A stretch of DNA of 64,000 bases from Octopus sinensis (Eukaryota): the NCBI RefSeq assembly GCF_006345805.1, contig NC_043002.1:46996001-47060000 (forward strand). Direction: 5' to 3'. Numbering within the stretch: the stretch's first letter is position 1; each line of letters starts with the position of its first letter. The translations under genes were made by a program, and so were the position numbers. Positions 25,999 through 39,290 of the stretch are shown here, piece after piece. Under the pieces are notes generated by a model. That model saw nothing but the letters and a program-made list of their open reading frames with translations, ran no database searches and had not been told where the DNA came from.

Positions 25999-26885
25999 CT
26001 AGCTATAGACAATTAATCAAATGAGATAAAGGTCGATTGATTCACCAAGTTCAAGCAACTATATCTTTGAATATATAACCCAAACATAAAGTAGCATGGA
26101 GAGGAAACTACATATTTAAATCTGTTAAAGATTTTCGTCGATAAATAAAAGTCCCTTTTTAAATTTTCTCATTTTCGATTTAAGAACTAGTAAAAAAAAA
26201 AAAAAAAAGAAAAAAAGAACGATCACTTTACCAGGTTCAAACAAGAACAATATCTTTAAGTAATTAACTCAAACATAAAGTAGCTTGTGACCATTAAGGC
26301 TGTATATATGTATGCATCATTGCTATTAAACATATTTCTTAATTCATTCTTAAATGTATTTCTCTTGCTCATAGTTTAGGCGTGGTTCCCAAAACTGCAA
26401 TTCTACTGGTCAAGGCTACTGGCATGTAATGTGAGATAGTAATGACTCATAATAATACTTGATATTAGGGAGAGAGAACTTATATGATTGCTCAACTCGC
26501 AACAAATAATAGCCAAGTCTCTCTCAATCATTCCCATCGCTTAAAAGGGTGGGGGAATACGTTTTTTTTTAAAAGTGGTCTGTATTCCATATACGTAAGA
26601 AAAAGACGAGGTAGTCATGGCTAGAATGCTTTTGATGATTCTAGCTCGATTAAGGCAGACCTAGGGCTGAACGAAACAACTACTTTATTTTGCGAAGCAC
26701 TCGACCAGTTAGAAATAGTAGTAAAATTTCCTTCAATCTTATACCTTTCTGTTTTGATACATAATGGTAACATTAGATAATATTGCCCAAGATATACAAT
26801 GTCCGAGAAAATGATGACAAGGTTATGACTGGAATGTCTTTAATTATATAATCTACATCAGGACCGACTTTGGGCTAAAGAACTA

Positions 26886-27051
26886 CAGTAATCCCTCGAC
26901 TATCGCGGGTGTTATGTCCCAAAAACCCCCGGCGATAGGTAAAAATATGCGAAGTAGAAACAGTACTTTACTGTATATTTATTATAATGCAAAACACCAC
27001 CACCTAGGAATCGATGTAAGCGTTAAACAACGATAAAGCAAGGGATTACTG
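26886..27051. mobile_element. pogo/Tigger-like MITE (166 bp)
   Basis: TA-CAGTAATCCCTCGACTATCG ... CGATAAAGCAAGGGATTACTG-TA; CAGT..ACTG ends with TA TSD. Confidence 0.8.
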
Positions 27052-27185
27052 TAATTAAATTTACTTTTCCTATTCATTGGGAAGTGACGCCGTAAATATG
27101 TATCTACTATAATTGTGAAACTGGTTGGTTGTAAGATGATCGTGTCTCAGGATCAGTTAGGTCTGATCTTTCATAGGAAAATGTG

Positions 27186-27306
27186 GGTACTACTTAAGAA
27201 GAGTGGTCCCGGTGCGCTAGGTAGTCGTTGTAGGATCGACTAGTCACAACTAGCTAGCGCGGATGCACGAGTACGCGCACCGGGACCACTCTTCTTAAGT
27301 AGTACC
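27186..27306. repeat. Perfect 32-bp inverted repeat with 57-bp spacer (TTAA-flanked mini-element)
   Basis: 27186-27217 is the exact reverse complement of 27275-27306. Confidence 0.9.
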
Positions 27307-28540
27307 AAAATGTGAATGCCCATGACTGTTGGACGGCTATCTGGCCATCGATAGTTTGAAAAGATTTGTAATATATTTTCCCATATGTTGAGAGGTTGTG
27401 GCGGTGGGTATGTTTTAAGTCTACAAGGCTTAGCTGTAGTTAAACAAGAGGCAAAACGAATATCATGTTTATATGTTTATGATGGCATTTGAACTCAACA
27501 AGAGCGACACCAGAATACTCAACAGTCGAAGGACGCTGTTTCGGCAGCTTTTGCAATTATCTCCAAAGCACAGCTTCGTAAAACGACACAGGTCATGGCA
27601 CCGCATCATTTTGTACCACGAAAATGATGGCATTCATACTTTCTCGATGTGTGACAGTGTCAGTGTCAATGAAAGTGAATATACTAAAGCCATTAGTACA
27701 TGTGTTTGATATTATTATATTGTTCCTCTAGTATTCTTATTACTTTTCGGTTGGGGGTGACAGGACTTTCAGACCACCCTATAGGGAGATGGCATCAAAA
27801 CTTCAAAGTGACAGAAAGAATTAAAATAAAATATAAAACCATTACTATTATTTTCGAGATGAGACGAAAGGGGATAAAAGGAAATGTTCAATGTATTTGT
27901 AAACACTAGTTTCAGAGTGAATGCAAATCAACAGCAGTTTACACGTAAATAATGTGTGCGTGTGTATACAGAATAGCGTGAATTATAAGCATGGAGGTGA
28001 GTGTTTTTATCAATAGTTGGGAGCATAAATACACAATACTTAGTTGAATATATATGAAGATAACTGGACCTCATTTTTTTACGAAAGTACATTTCATAAA
28101 CTGTATTGGTTTCAATAGTCCTGAATTTTTGAAAGCCTTACTTTCGAATTCAAGCATTTCTCTGTAAGTGTTCTATGTGGTTAGTTAAGCATTTGATGTA
28201 TATTAGCATAACAAAACATTCATGTTAGGTCATAAAATGTACAATTTCGAATGAAACTTATTTTCATCATAACACCTAATTTGGTTTTACAGCAAGTTAG
28301 GTGTTTTTACTTCATAGCTGATGCTAAAACAACACGACTCTATACTAAGATATTCATAAAAATATTATCACAATTATTATTTAGACATCATGACTTTCAT
28401 AGTTTACTAAAGGCTTATCATTAGTATATGTGAAGTTTATTGGTTTTGACTAATATAGAGACTGGTTCATATGTCCAGTTTGTCCGACTCGAATCTTCAG
28501 CTCTGCAATACGAAAATTAGAATTATTCATGTTAGCCTCA

Positions 28541-28548
28541 TGACGTCA
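28541..28548. promoter_or_regulatory. Perfect CRE palindrome TGACGTCA just upstream of the GPATCH3 start codon
   Basis: Exact CREB/ATF consensus ending 14 nt before the ATG in a CpG-retaining region; function untested. Confidence 0.4.
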
Positions 28549-28562
28549 GCTGAACTCGCAAA

Positions 28563-28731
28563 ATGGCTGTTATACATGCGGTGGTTGGAAACATCCCTGC
28601 AAAATATCACTCGAAAGACTTACGTAACTTTTTTTCCTCTATTGTTGAAACCGATGGCTTTGACTGTTTTCATTATCGTCATCGTCCTGAAGTGAAGAGA
28701 CTACCGCAGAAACAATTGCCTAACAATCATG
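28563..28731 (+). CDS. GPATCH3: G-patch domain-containing protein 3, coding exon 1
   Basis: MAVIHAVVGNIPAKYHSKDLRNFFSSIVETDGFDCFHYRHRPE matches the GPATCH3 N-terminal ..F.CFHYRHRPE block; donor GTTAGA, phase 1. Confidence 0.88.
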
Positions 28732-29551
28732 GTTAGATGTAAACACTAACATGTTTATGTTTTAAATTTTACATTGTATTTTACCATTTATGAAAGCACT
28801 TATTTAATTTTTTAGAATATTATTTTTACATGACTCCCTCTTTATTAATCTCTCTTTCTCTTTCACTTTTTCAAATTTTTCCCCAAATAAATATAGGGCT
28901 TTAAAGATAATTACAGCCATCTTTTATGATTATTTCAGTTTTAAAGTAATTGATATAACCATGTTAGCTCTTATAGAAAACATGAGTTCTTATCAGTTAT
29001 GTTTATAAAGAAGCTAAAAAAATACTCTCAGAGAAAGCATTAATTTTGCTGAAGTCTACAGTACACTTTTCACCAGCGGACTTGTAATTTAGGTAGATTT
29101 TGACAACTTCAGCTTTTAATAGTAAGAGTTACTGTTCTTGTGTTTACATTTCTCTCATCTAGTCATTCTAAAATGTTCTGCGTTGATTTAAGAATGCCAA
29201 ACATCTAATGAACTTTTAGATGTCTCTAGTTATGTAATCGTCCCATACTTTTATGGATCTCAAATACTAATTAGCTGAAAAAATAAAACAAAACAAAACA
29301 TAGCAAAATCGTCGTATCTCCCTCATATAACACCCTACTGTCTTAGAAAAGGACGTATTCTTGGTGGACGTCGTGTGAGAATAAAATTGCGACAGGGCCC
29401 TGAAAATACCTTTAGCTTTTAGGTTTGCACAATTGGGAGTAACTTGGTGATAACAGTACCGTATTGGTAGACTTATGAGGAATCTTGTACATGCCGACAT
29501 TGTTTTCCATTACCACGAGATAGCTGAAATGTCGAATACAGACTCTCTCTG

Positions 29552-29959
29552 TGGATCTTTTCGGTTTGAACGGCAGTTTTTTTTCTAGCGGTGTCATGAA
29601 ATTGTCACCCATAATTATGACCCTAGTATCGATCTATTGCATTTCAATCTGTTTTAGGGTTAGTTAGGGGTGGGGGAAGGGTATCTATTTTTCTTCACAA
29701 ATGTAAATAAACCCAATCTGTTTCTTAAACGAGGGACATAATTTATATGGCACGTAATGCTTTTTAACTCAATAGACGTCACTGATAGGTTGAAATTGAA
29801 GAAAAAAATCCCACAAATATCTTACAAACTATAGAATTTTCTCTATAAAGCCAAGAGAAAAAGATGTTTTATAAACACATTCTACCAGTATACGAAGTTT
29901 AAAATTTTTTAGTTACCTAGAAATTATGGTAAAAACTGCCGTTCAAACCGAAAAGATCC

Positions 29960-29960
<1 letters not shown>
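29552..29960. mobile_element. MITE with perfect 30-bp TIRs
   Basis: TGGATCTTTTCGGTTTGAACGGCAGTTTTT at 29552-29581 and its reverse complement at 29931-29960; TSD not clear. Confidence 0.8.
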
Positions 29961-30032
<72 letters not shown>

Positions 30033-30600
30033 CTTACGCATAGATACACACACATCATTTGGCGATCTTTCGGAGATGTTATATCAAAACTGGAAATACT
30101 TGTTCTGCAATTTCCGTAAAATTTTCTTTTTTTTTTTTTTTCAGCTGAATCGTATGTTTATGTATTTTTTGTGTATGTTTGTATGTATATTTGTGTATGT
30201 AAGTATGTGTATATCACATACATATATGCACATAAACATGCATACATATACTTACACAAATATCCATACTAAAAAAAATACATAAATATAAGTGCATCAT
30301 CTCTTTGTATAGCTCAATGTAGGAACTCAGCTTATTGTAAACTTCTCTTGTAATTTTTATGTTATGTTCACAATTAAAATCGTTATCAGCAATAACCTGA
30401 AGACCTTTCTCTGTTAGTGCCAACTCAGAAATTTCTAACTGTAAGTTTATCCTCCCTGCCAACTGCTTTCATAAATTGTTTGAAAATTCTAATAAAATAT
30501 GCCTTGAAGCTAGCTACCACACCTTTATCTTTCTACTGGAGCAAAGAAGTATTCTTGAGGAAATATTCTACTCTTTCATGATCAGAAAGGTCATCTAAGT

Positions 30601-30883
30601 CAGTGCTTCTCAAACTATCTGACGTATTGGCAGTTTTTTTTTCAATGTGCTAGGGACCGGTAATATTTCTTAGTAATATTAATTTATACCAGAAGCAATA
30701 TATATAATGAATATTATAAAAGTTGACAATTTTTTACTCTTATATTTATTTTGTAAAGAAATAATAGAATATTACATAAGCATTTTATAATGTTTCTTTC
30801 TTTTCTGGAAACTCGCTGCATACCAGCAGCTGATGGCTCACAGACCGGCACCGGTCCGCGGACCACCACATTGAGTAGCACTG
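30601..30883. mobile_element. hAT (Charlie-like) MITE
   Basis: CAGTG...CACTG ends with a perfect 8-bp TSD ATCTAAGT (30593-30600 and 30884-30891). Confidence 0.88.
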
Positions 30884-31730
30884 ATCTAAGTTGACTGGGT
30901 GGCTTGGTGCATTGTCTAAAAGAAGCAATGCTTTGTTGGAAATAAATATGTCTGGCACTATACTTTTCTACAGAAGGACAAAAACATTTGTAAACTATTC
31001 TGAAAAGGCTCTTAGTTATCTATGCTTTCTTATTTGAATTGCAAATGAGAGTTAGAGTGAAATTTGTGTAATCCTTGAAAGACACTTGGATTTTTAGCAC
31101 TCATACACACAAATGTTGGTATACATGCTGATATCTGTTGTAGCCAGTTGGATTCTAAAGTTGGTGGGTTGCATTGGTTTAAATGTTAGGAATGGTGGGC
31201 TGGTAATGCAGGCGATGTGGTGTTGTATTGATGTTGGGGCTTAGTCTCAAGTCAATCCTCAAAGACCAAACATCAATGACATTTCATTCAACTTTTAAAG
31301 TACACTAGGATACTACGTTCTATGTTTTTCTTTGAAATGAATTTGCTTATGTACTATATATTATGTTGGTGGTTGTGTTCATGTTGATGATAGAAACACG
31401 CACATACATACACAACATTCATATGTATGTATGTATGTGTGTGTGTGTGTACATAGTCACATTATGTACATTATATATACATGTGTTTAATGTGATGATA
31501 GTTTTGCAAATTGTTAAATATATACTTTGATTTTTAACTAACATGTGAGTGGCAATTGAGCTAAGAAGAAAGTGTAGTTTTAAATTATTAACAATTTAAA
31601 ACTGGCAATCTAAGTTTCCGTAAGGGTGAAATTACAGACCGTATCCAAAATTAATGATCATACTTAACAATTTCCGCAAGCATGAAATGCTGTAACCTGA
31701 GGTAGAGGTAGCCATAACATTGGGGATGCC

Positions 31731-31794
<64 letters not shown>

Positions 31795-32823
31795 TACATA
31801 AGCATAAGTGATTTGTAAAAGCATAAAAAAAGATGTATATGCACATATGTGTCTGTGAGAGTGAGTGAATGTGTTTGATTGCTTGTTTGACAGTTCAGCT
31901 ATCTTGTGTAAATCAAAGTCAATGTCAGCCTCACCAACACATGGAAAAGTATTAAAAAAATTTTTTAAAAATTTCTGGAAATTGTTGAACACATGGATAA
32001 AACATGTGGTTTTTCATTTGACACATGAGATACTTCCTCCTAAGGATTGCCACCAACTCTAACTTTGTATTTTCCCTAGGTTGCTTAGTTTTATTTTAGT
32101 CCTGCAGATAATATGTCTCTAACACAAATTACACTGTGTAACACGATTATTGTCCTTGGGTAGCAACTGATATTTCCTATTTGCTTATCTCTTAGAAAGT
32201 ATGAAAAATGGTAGATATTTCCTTCAAACTTGTCTCCACTTGGACAGCTAGAAGTAAACTGAACTCTTGAGCTTATGAATCCTGCATTTATATTGCCATC
32301 TAGGTTGCCAGAACATTGTAGAAATTCTTGAAACTTTCAGAAAGTTCTTGAAACTTCTAGAAAGCTCTAGAAAATTCTGCTTCAGCAACTCAGTGCTGAG
32401 TCTGTCTGAAATGTAATAGGAAAAAATTGGTCAGTTTCAAAACATTGATATTCCGGTCACAAAGGCAAAGTTTGAAGGGAATAATAATCATTTCCTTTGA
32501 TTTCTAGATAGAAGCAAATAGAAAATAATGTAATGATAACACAAAAAAAAAATTACACAGTGCTATTGATTCTTTAGCTTCATTTTTAGTCTTGGAAATA
32601 TATGTACCTAAAATAAAAGAGTGTCACTTGGTTTCCCAAGTAAGTGGAACAAATATACAAATGCTTAAAAAAGTCACTTATTAAATGGAAATATAGTAAT
32701 TTGATATTCTCTTTGGTTAAATCTTTTCAGATTTATTTTTGTAATTTCTTAGGAATACTTCCAATTTTATTATTATTATCATTATTGTTGTTGTTGTGTT
32801 TTTTTTTTTTTCAAATATTGTTA

Positions 32824-33515
32824 AGGTGGCGAACTGGCAGAATTGTTAGCATGCCAGTCAAAATGTTTAATGGCATTTAGTCCATCTTTATGTTCTGAGT
32901 TCAAATTTCTCTGAGGTTAACTTTGCCTTTCATCCTTTCGGGGGTCAATAAAATAAGTACCAGTTGAGTACTGGGATTGATGTCATTGACTTATCCTCTC
33001 ACCCAAAATTGCTGTCCTCATGGCAAAATTTGAAACTATTATTATTATTATTATTATTACTATTATTAAGGCAGTGAGCTGTCAGAATCGTTAGCACCCT
33101 GGGCAAAGTGCTTAGCAGTATTTTGACCATCCATACATTTTGAGTTCAAATTCTGCCAAGGTTGACTTTGCCTTTCATCCTCTCAGGGTCAATGAAATAA
33201 GCACCAGTTATGCACTGTGGTTGATGTAATCGACTAACCTCCTCCTCCATACTTTTAGGTCTTGTGTCTATAGCAGAAAGGATTTTTATTATTATTATTA
33301 AGGTGGAGAGCTCCCAGAATCGTTAGCACAATGGGAAAAATACCAAGTGACATTTTATCCATCTTTATGTTCTGAGTTCAAATTATGCTTAGGTTGATTT
33401 TTGCCTTTCATCCTTTCAGGGTTGATCAAATAAGTACCAATTTAGCTCTGGGGTCAATGTAATTGATTAGCCTTTACCACAAAATTTCATGCATTGTGCC
33501 TTTAGTAGAAAGGAT
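32824..33515 (+). mobile_element. Cluster of three tandem SINE family B copies separated by (ATT)n
   Basis: Heads near 32824, 33068 and 33300, each with the TTGCCTTTCATCC core. Confidence 0.8.
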
Positions 33516-36458
33516 TATTATTATTATTATTATTGTTGTTTAGGGGTTAGTATATTTTTCTGGCAATCCTTCCTATTAAAATTATTCTTCACATAACCAA
33601 TTTGTAACGTGTTTATAGAATTGTGACAGTATGGTTATTATTTTATTTGTAGGCCTTCTGAAGATACTTCAACAACTTTGTCTTTAAAGTTGAAACAAGT
33701 GTTACTATTAAAATAATTAACTATTTTAATAAATAAATATTAAAAAAAACAAACTAATAGGTTAGTAAATAAATGATTTAATAAATGACATTTAAGTATT
33801 GTTCCATTCACTCAGTAAATGCAAGTCTATTTTTGTATTTTCCCAGATTGATTAGTTTCACTTTCAGTCCTGCAGATATATGTATTTAAGACAAAAGATT
33901 GCTCCTACAGAATATAAACACAACTAAACTGATATCAAATATTTGTGATCAGAAAAAGAAAAAAATCCTGTTCATGCACATTAAAAAATGAATTTTCAAA
34001 ACTAATAAAAGAATGAAACTGATTAGCACCAAGTATAATAGTTAAAAATGAACTAGAAATATGAAATTAAATAGAGCCCACACTGCAAGATTTCTGACTA
34101 TGAGTTTCTAATTTTATGCCTCTGCTTCTTCATTTATCAATAATTTCCACCTACAGAAATGACTAATATAGACTGCTAATCATAAGACTAATAAAATGGA
34201 TGAAAGTTAGGATACACATGTTAAAATTTAAGATTACCTTTATTTTGTTTATGTTTTCAACTTACAACTTAGCAAAAATCAGCTGATTGACAGTTGACCA
34301 TTCACATTTTTGCAGCTTAGATATAAGACCTCTTTCTCTCTCTCTCTCTCTCTGTCCAAGACATACTTCTTCATGGCATAAAACATATTACACTCATCAT
34401 CGCCAGTATTGTTTTAATGTCTACTTTTCTATGCTTTCATGGGCTGGACAGAATCTGTAATAGTAGATTTTCTTCTGCCAGGTGCCCTTCCTTTCAATAA
34501 CCTTGACCTTTTTCCCAAGCAAAGTAATATTTACTCATGGTCAGATATATCTCACAGGCAACTAGAAACAAATGACACTGCTTCTATGACAGTAATACTT
34601 GTTTACAACACTGTGATGTCAAGACAAGGTTACTCACTCACATACACACATATCATTTCCACACACATGTATACACATCTTCCCCTTGCAGACTGTTATT
34701 AGTAAGGAAATAATCGTTTCTTCCTTATATTTGTTGGGATTTGAAATTTGGGAATGTATACAATTCACATTTTTTAATGGAATTTCTTCCAGCTTCCATC
34801 TGTCAACTCAACTCGTAATGTTTTGGTTGGTCTGGGATTATAATAGAAGAAACTTGCTTCAGCTTTGATACAGTAGGGCTGAACAGGAAATTATGTGATT
34901 AGGATACAAACTTCTTAACTGCACAGCCATGCTAATGCATTACACAAATTGTTGAATTTTATTGCTGATGCAGAACATATCTAGTTTCTTTGGAATCTAT
35001 TATTTTATTGCTGATTAAATTTTGGTTTCATATGTTTGTATGGAAATGTATCATTATAATATCCTTTCTTCACTGCTACTTTGATTTAAAAGATAATTTA
35101 TTATCTGGATCACATAAGAATCAGCACCAGCATATTTATAGCTACTTACAACCATACACACTACTGCAAAAGTATTGTTGAAAAAAGTTAAAGATGTTTT
35201 GTTATAGCATACAACCAGCTCTCTTAGTCCTAATCAAAATTTACTCATTTCAGTTTTATTCCCATTCCCTTTAGTCAGTATTGCTTTCCTAATTTCTTCT
35301 CAATGACAATACTTGCATGTCTTCTCAAATTTGTTACTTTGCAACCTGTCAAGACTTTGCTCTTAATACCTATAAAGCTTCATACATGGTACTACCTGTT
35401 TCCGCTAAGATTTTTTTCATTAGTGTACTTCCAGCAAGTCAGCTTACTGGAGCTTGTCTTTCTCTCTTACCAAGCTACATTGACATTAAATAAATATATG
35501 AACTCATAACTTTATTTAGACCCGCTGTGAAATTTTGCCTATGAAGGTTTTTTTTTTGATAGTTTGCAACTATCAAACTTGTAACAATATGTAAATGAAT
35601 TTGTACTTACATATTTGTTCCTTTTTTAAATAGCCTTCATTGGTAGTTTGAGAGGGAGGGGGTCAGTAAATCTTGTTGAGTTGTGAAACCAATTGGTTTG
35701 ATAACTCTTCCGAGCTGCTGATAAGTGCCTTCATGGAACTAATTTCACAGGTAGATTAAATACACATGGATATAAATATATTTTCTTTAAGTTCCTCATC
35801 TAAGAATGATCTGATTGAGTATGGTTCATACTTCTCCTCTTCAGATGTAACAAAAATTAAAAGGGAGCTTTTATATGTTTTTATCTCAACTTTACTTCAG
35901 TAGCTATTAATATATATATATCCTATAAAACATAGGGCTACATCTTATGTCTCAGTAGTCCTTCCTGCCTTGTAAAGACTTTACTCTCTATGTATTCCAA
36001 GCATGATCCAAAATGGCTGTTTCATTTCAAAAGTATTGGTGTTGTTTGAATGATAAGCTGTACCTACAAACCATGTACTGTGTAATCATTATTACTTTAT
36101 TCTTCCAATAGAATCAAAAGAAATCTATATTCTGTTGGTGTGTAGGAAGTAAAAGGAAAAAATATGTTATCATTGTTGTTATCCCTATGAATATTTCTTC
36201 TACATATTCCTGAATCCTTAGTAGCATTATAATAATTCATAATTATCTTGTCTTATGACAAATTAGCATTTAAATATATCCTTCTCTTCTTTGATAATCA
36301 TGGCCTTGTTTAGAGTATCCTTCTGTTTTATGTTGAGATTTCCAACTTCTTTTCAGGTGTTATTTTACCAGCTATAAATAGATTTACGAAGCAAATATAC
36401 AGAGATTGTTATGCTTAAGCGATGTTTTGTTTGAAAAACCACTTTTTTTTGTTTTTAG

Positions 36459-36620
36459 ATAATAAATCTCTTTCCTCATGCTGCTGTGTAATTCGTGTTC
36501 CTGAAGCAAGATTTGAGGACCTTTTTGACTATAATGAACGTCATTGGATTAATGAAAAAGGCGAATCAATGAAGTCACAGTGTCATATCAGAAAAATACG
36601 TTTCTCTTGTCAGTCTCAAG
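36459..36620 (+). CDS. GPATCH3: GPATCH3 exon 2
   Basis: DNKSLSSCCCVIRV...HWINEKGESMKSQCHIRKIR; acceptor TTTTTAG, donor GTAAGT, phase 1 to 1. Confidence 0.9.
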
Positions 36621-36789
36621 GTAAGTTTAGAAACTATGAAGTGAAATGAAAGTACCTGGGTGTTAGAGGCAAAGATCTTAATACGTTAGAAAAAGATTGC
36701 ATTAGTTTTTAGCTTGAAAAATAAATAGTTGATTTATGTTGAATAAAAATTACAGTTACATTACTTATTGTTTAACTATCAGCTTTTCA

Positions 36790-36930
36790 TCTTGAGGAAG
36801 GGCATCCAGCTGTAGAAACTCTGCCAAATCAAGATTGGAGCCTGGTGCAGCCATCTGGTTCGCCAGCCCTCAGTCAAAATCGTCCAACCCATGCTAGCAT
36901 GGAAAGCGGACGTTAAACGATGATGATGAT
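36790..36930 (+). mobile_element. RTE-type 3' tail ending in (GAT)n
   Basis: CCAACCCATGCTAGCATGGAAAGCGGACGTTAAACGATGATGAT; a related copy lies on the - strand at 44716-44955. Confidence 0.65.
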
Positions 36931-37726
36931 GAATTAGAATATTGGTTGTGTACATAGATATGAAACCAATTTCTATAGGAGAAGCAGTGTAGATAATTTA
37001 CCTGACATCAGTACATTAATGAGAAAGTGGTTTCTGGCAAGATTTGAATTTAGAACTGAGAAGAAGAAAATGAAATACTATTGTATTTATTATGGCACAC
37101 TATTAAACAGACATATCCACTGCTCTGTATAAAATTAATATGCTACTTGAGCAAATGATGAAATAAGGTATTCAACAGCTAACTCATAGAGGTTCTTCTT
37201 TATATTTCTGATATGGCTACTTAACTCTTGATGTTGTCTCAATTCACTCATCCAGAGACTGATCAAGTACAATTGATGTCCTGAAATCAGATCAGCTAGA
37301 AGAAATTTGATTGTGTTTGTAGTCAAGATTTAATGACTGTAGATGTTCTCCCATGATCTGTAAAAATGCATGATATATGCATAGTGAGAGTATCTAACCT
37401 TAAAATGTGCTATATGTGTGTATGTGTAGTAGAGTTTTTTTAATGTCCAGCCTGGCTGGTTATTATGTTGACCCACATACAAAACCTTGAGATTGTCATA
37501 TAATGTCTCCTTTGTGTTTGACTGTTTTGAAAATTATTTTTTACCCTCATGTGGCAGGATGAATAGTGAATTAATAAAATACAAAATGAAAGTACAGATA
37601 AAACTAATTTTAACTGAATAAAGAGTTCTTTTTCATTAAGAATCTATGAAAATTGAATGTAATATCTTTCTTTCTAACCTTTGGATCCTTGTATTATACA
37701 AAGACTTATTCTTTTGGTATTTTCAG

Positions 37727-38737
37727 ACCAGATTCCATACAAAACCAGAGAGGAACAAACTCAAATTCCTGAAGATCGCGAAGTATTTACAAAGACTGAC
37801 CTTGAAAACCTTCCTGAACTCCATGCACCTACTGTTATGCCAAAAGGAAATGTAGGCACTCCAACTTATGTTTTCTTAGAATTAATCAATCAATGCAAAT
37901 TACCACCAAGGATTATCAGTAAATTGCAACTTGAATTTCCTAAAGTAACTTATAACAACATATATGGACGTGTTCCATGTGACTATGATATACAGTGTCT
38001 TCCTAGTTCTGGTAACACTCTTGAAACAGGCTCAAGAAATGAAAATTTTCAGAAAAATCTTTCCAAAAGGAAATTAAATCTTATAAAAAATCAATTTAGT
38101 AAAAGACAAAAAGAAAATACAAATGAAGCAACTACTACTACAACTAATACTACTGTTGATGATGATAGTAGTAGAAGTTGTAATGATAGTCTAAGAACTG
38201 ATGCAAATATTGATGCTAGCACCAGCTGTCATTTAGGTGTATCTGCTAATAATGAAAGCAGAGAAAATGGTACTGACATTTCTTTAACTACCTCTGAGAA
38301 TCTTCATTTTGGTGCAAACCCTCATAGCTCTCATAAAATTCAGATCCACCCTCCACACTCAAATGGTAGGATAGTTTGTGATAAATTGGAGAAAAATGAT
38401 GTTAAAATATCACAAAAAACTGATGTTTCAGAAAAAAGGCGGTTGAAAATGGAGGAAAAAGCCAGGAGAAAACAAAATATCGCTGAAATGAAGAGAAAAA
38501 TGGCTTTGAATATTGAAGAAAAAATGATTGAGTTTGATCGTGGTTCTGATTATTCTGAAGAAGATGCTGATTATTGTGAAGAGTGGGAACGCCATGAAGC
38601 ATTGCATGATGATCCAAGTGGCCAAGAACGAAACAAAGAACGATTGTTTGAAGATGATATTGAACTGAAATGGGAGAAAGGTGGTAGTGGTTTGGTCTTT
38701 TACACTGATGCTCAGTATTGGCAACAAGAGGAAGGTG
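37727..38737 (+). CDS. GPATCH3: GPATCH3 exon 3
   Basis: LPELHAPTVMPKGNVGTPTYVFLELINQCKLPPRII, EEWERHEALHDD, IELKWEKGGSGLVFYTDAQYWQ; 1011 nt, phase 1 to 1, donor GTAAGG. Confidence 0.97.
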
Positions 38738-38867
38738 GTAAGGGCAAGATTTTTTTATTTCATATTTTCCTTGCAATATAAATATAAGTTTACTTCTTTT
38801 TCTTCCCCAGTTATTCAACTTGTTTATAAAATACTATATATAATAATAATAATAATCCTTTCTACTA

Positions 38868-39290
38868 AAGGCACAAGGCCTATAATTTTGGGGGGAGAGG
38901 GCTAGTCAATTACATTGACCCAGTGTTCCATTGGTACTTAATTTATCAACTCCAAAAGGATGGAAGGCAAAATCAACCTCAGTGGAATTTGAACTCAGAA
39001 TGTAAAGATGTAAGAAATGCTGCTAAGCATTTTGCCTGACATGCTAACAATTCTGCCAGCTCACTACTGTAATGATTTCAAATTTTGGCACAAGGCCAGC
39101 AAGTTCGGAGGGTGGGGATAAATCAATTACATTGACCCCAGTGTTGAACAGGTTCTTATTCTATTGACCTTGAAAGATTGAAAGGCAAAGTTGACCTTGG
39201 CAGATTTTGAACTTGGAATGTAACAATGAATGAAATGTCACTAAGTATTTTACCTGATGTGCTAACAATTTTGCCAGCTTGCCACCTTAG
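38868..39290 (-). mobile_element. Two SINE family B copies, antisense
   Basis: Reverse-complement matches to family B. Confidence 0.75.

Noticed and set aside
37150-37210. Box C/D snoRNA-like ATGATGA...CTGA in GPATCH3 intron 2
   Set aside because: No terminal stem and no recognisable rRNA/snRNA antisense element.
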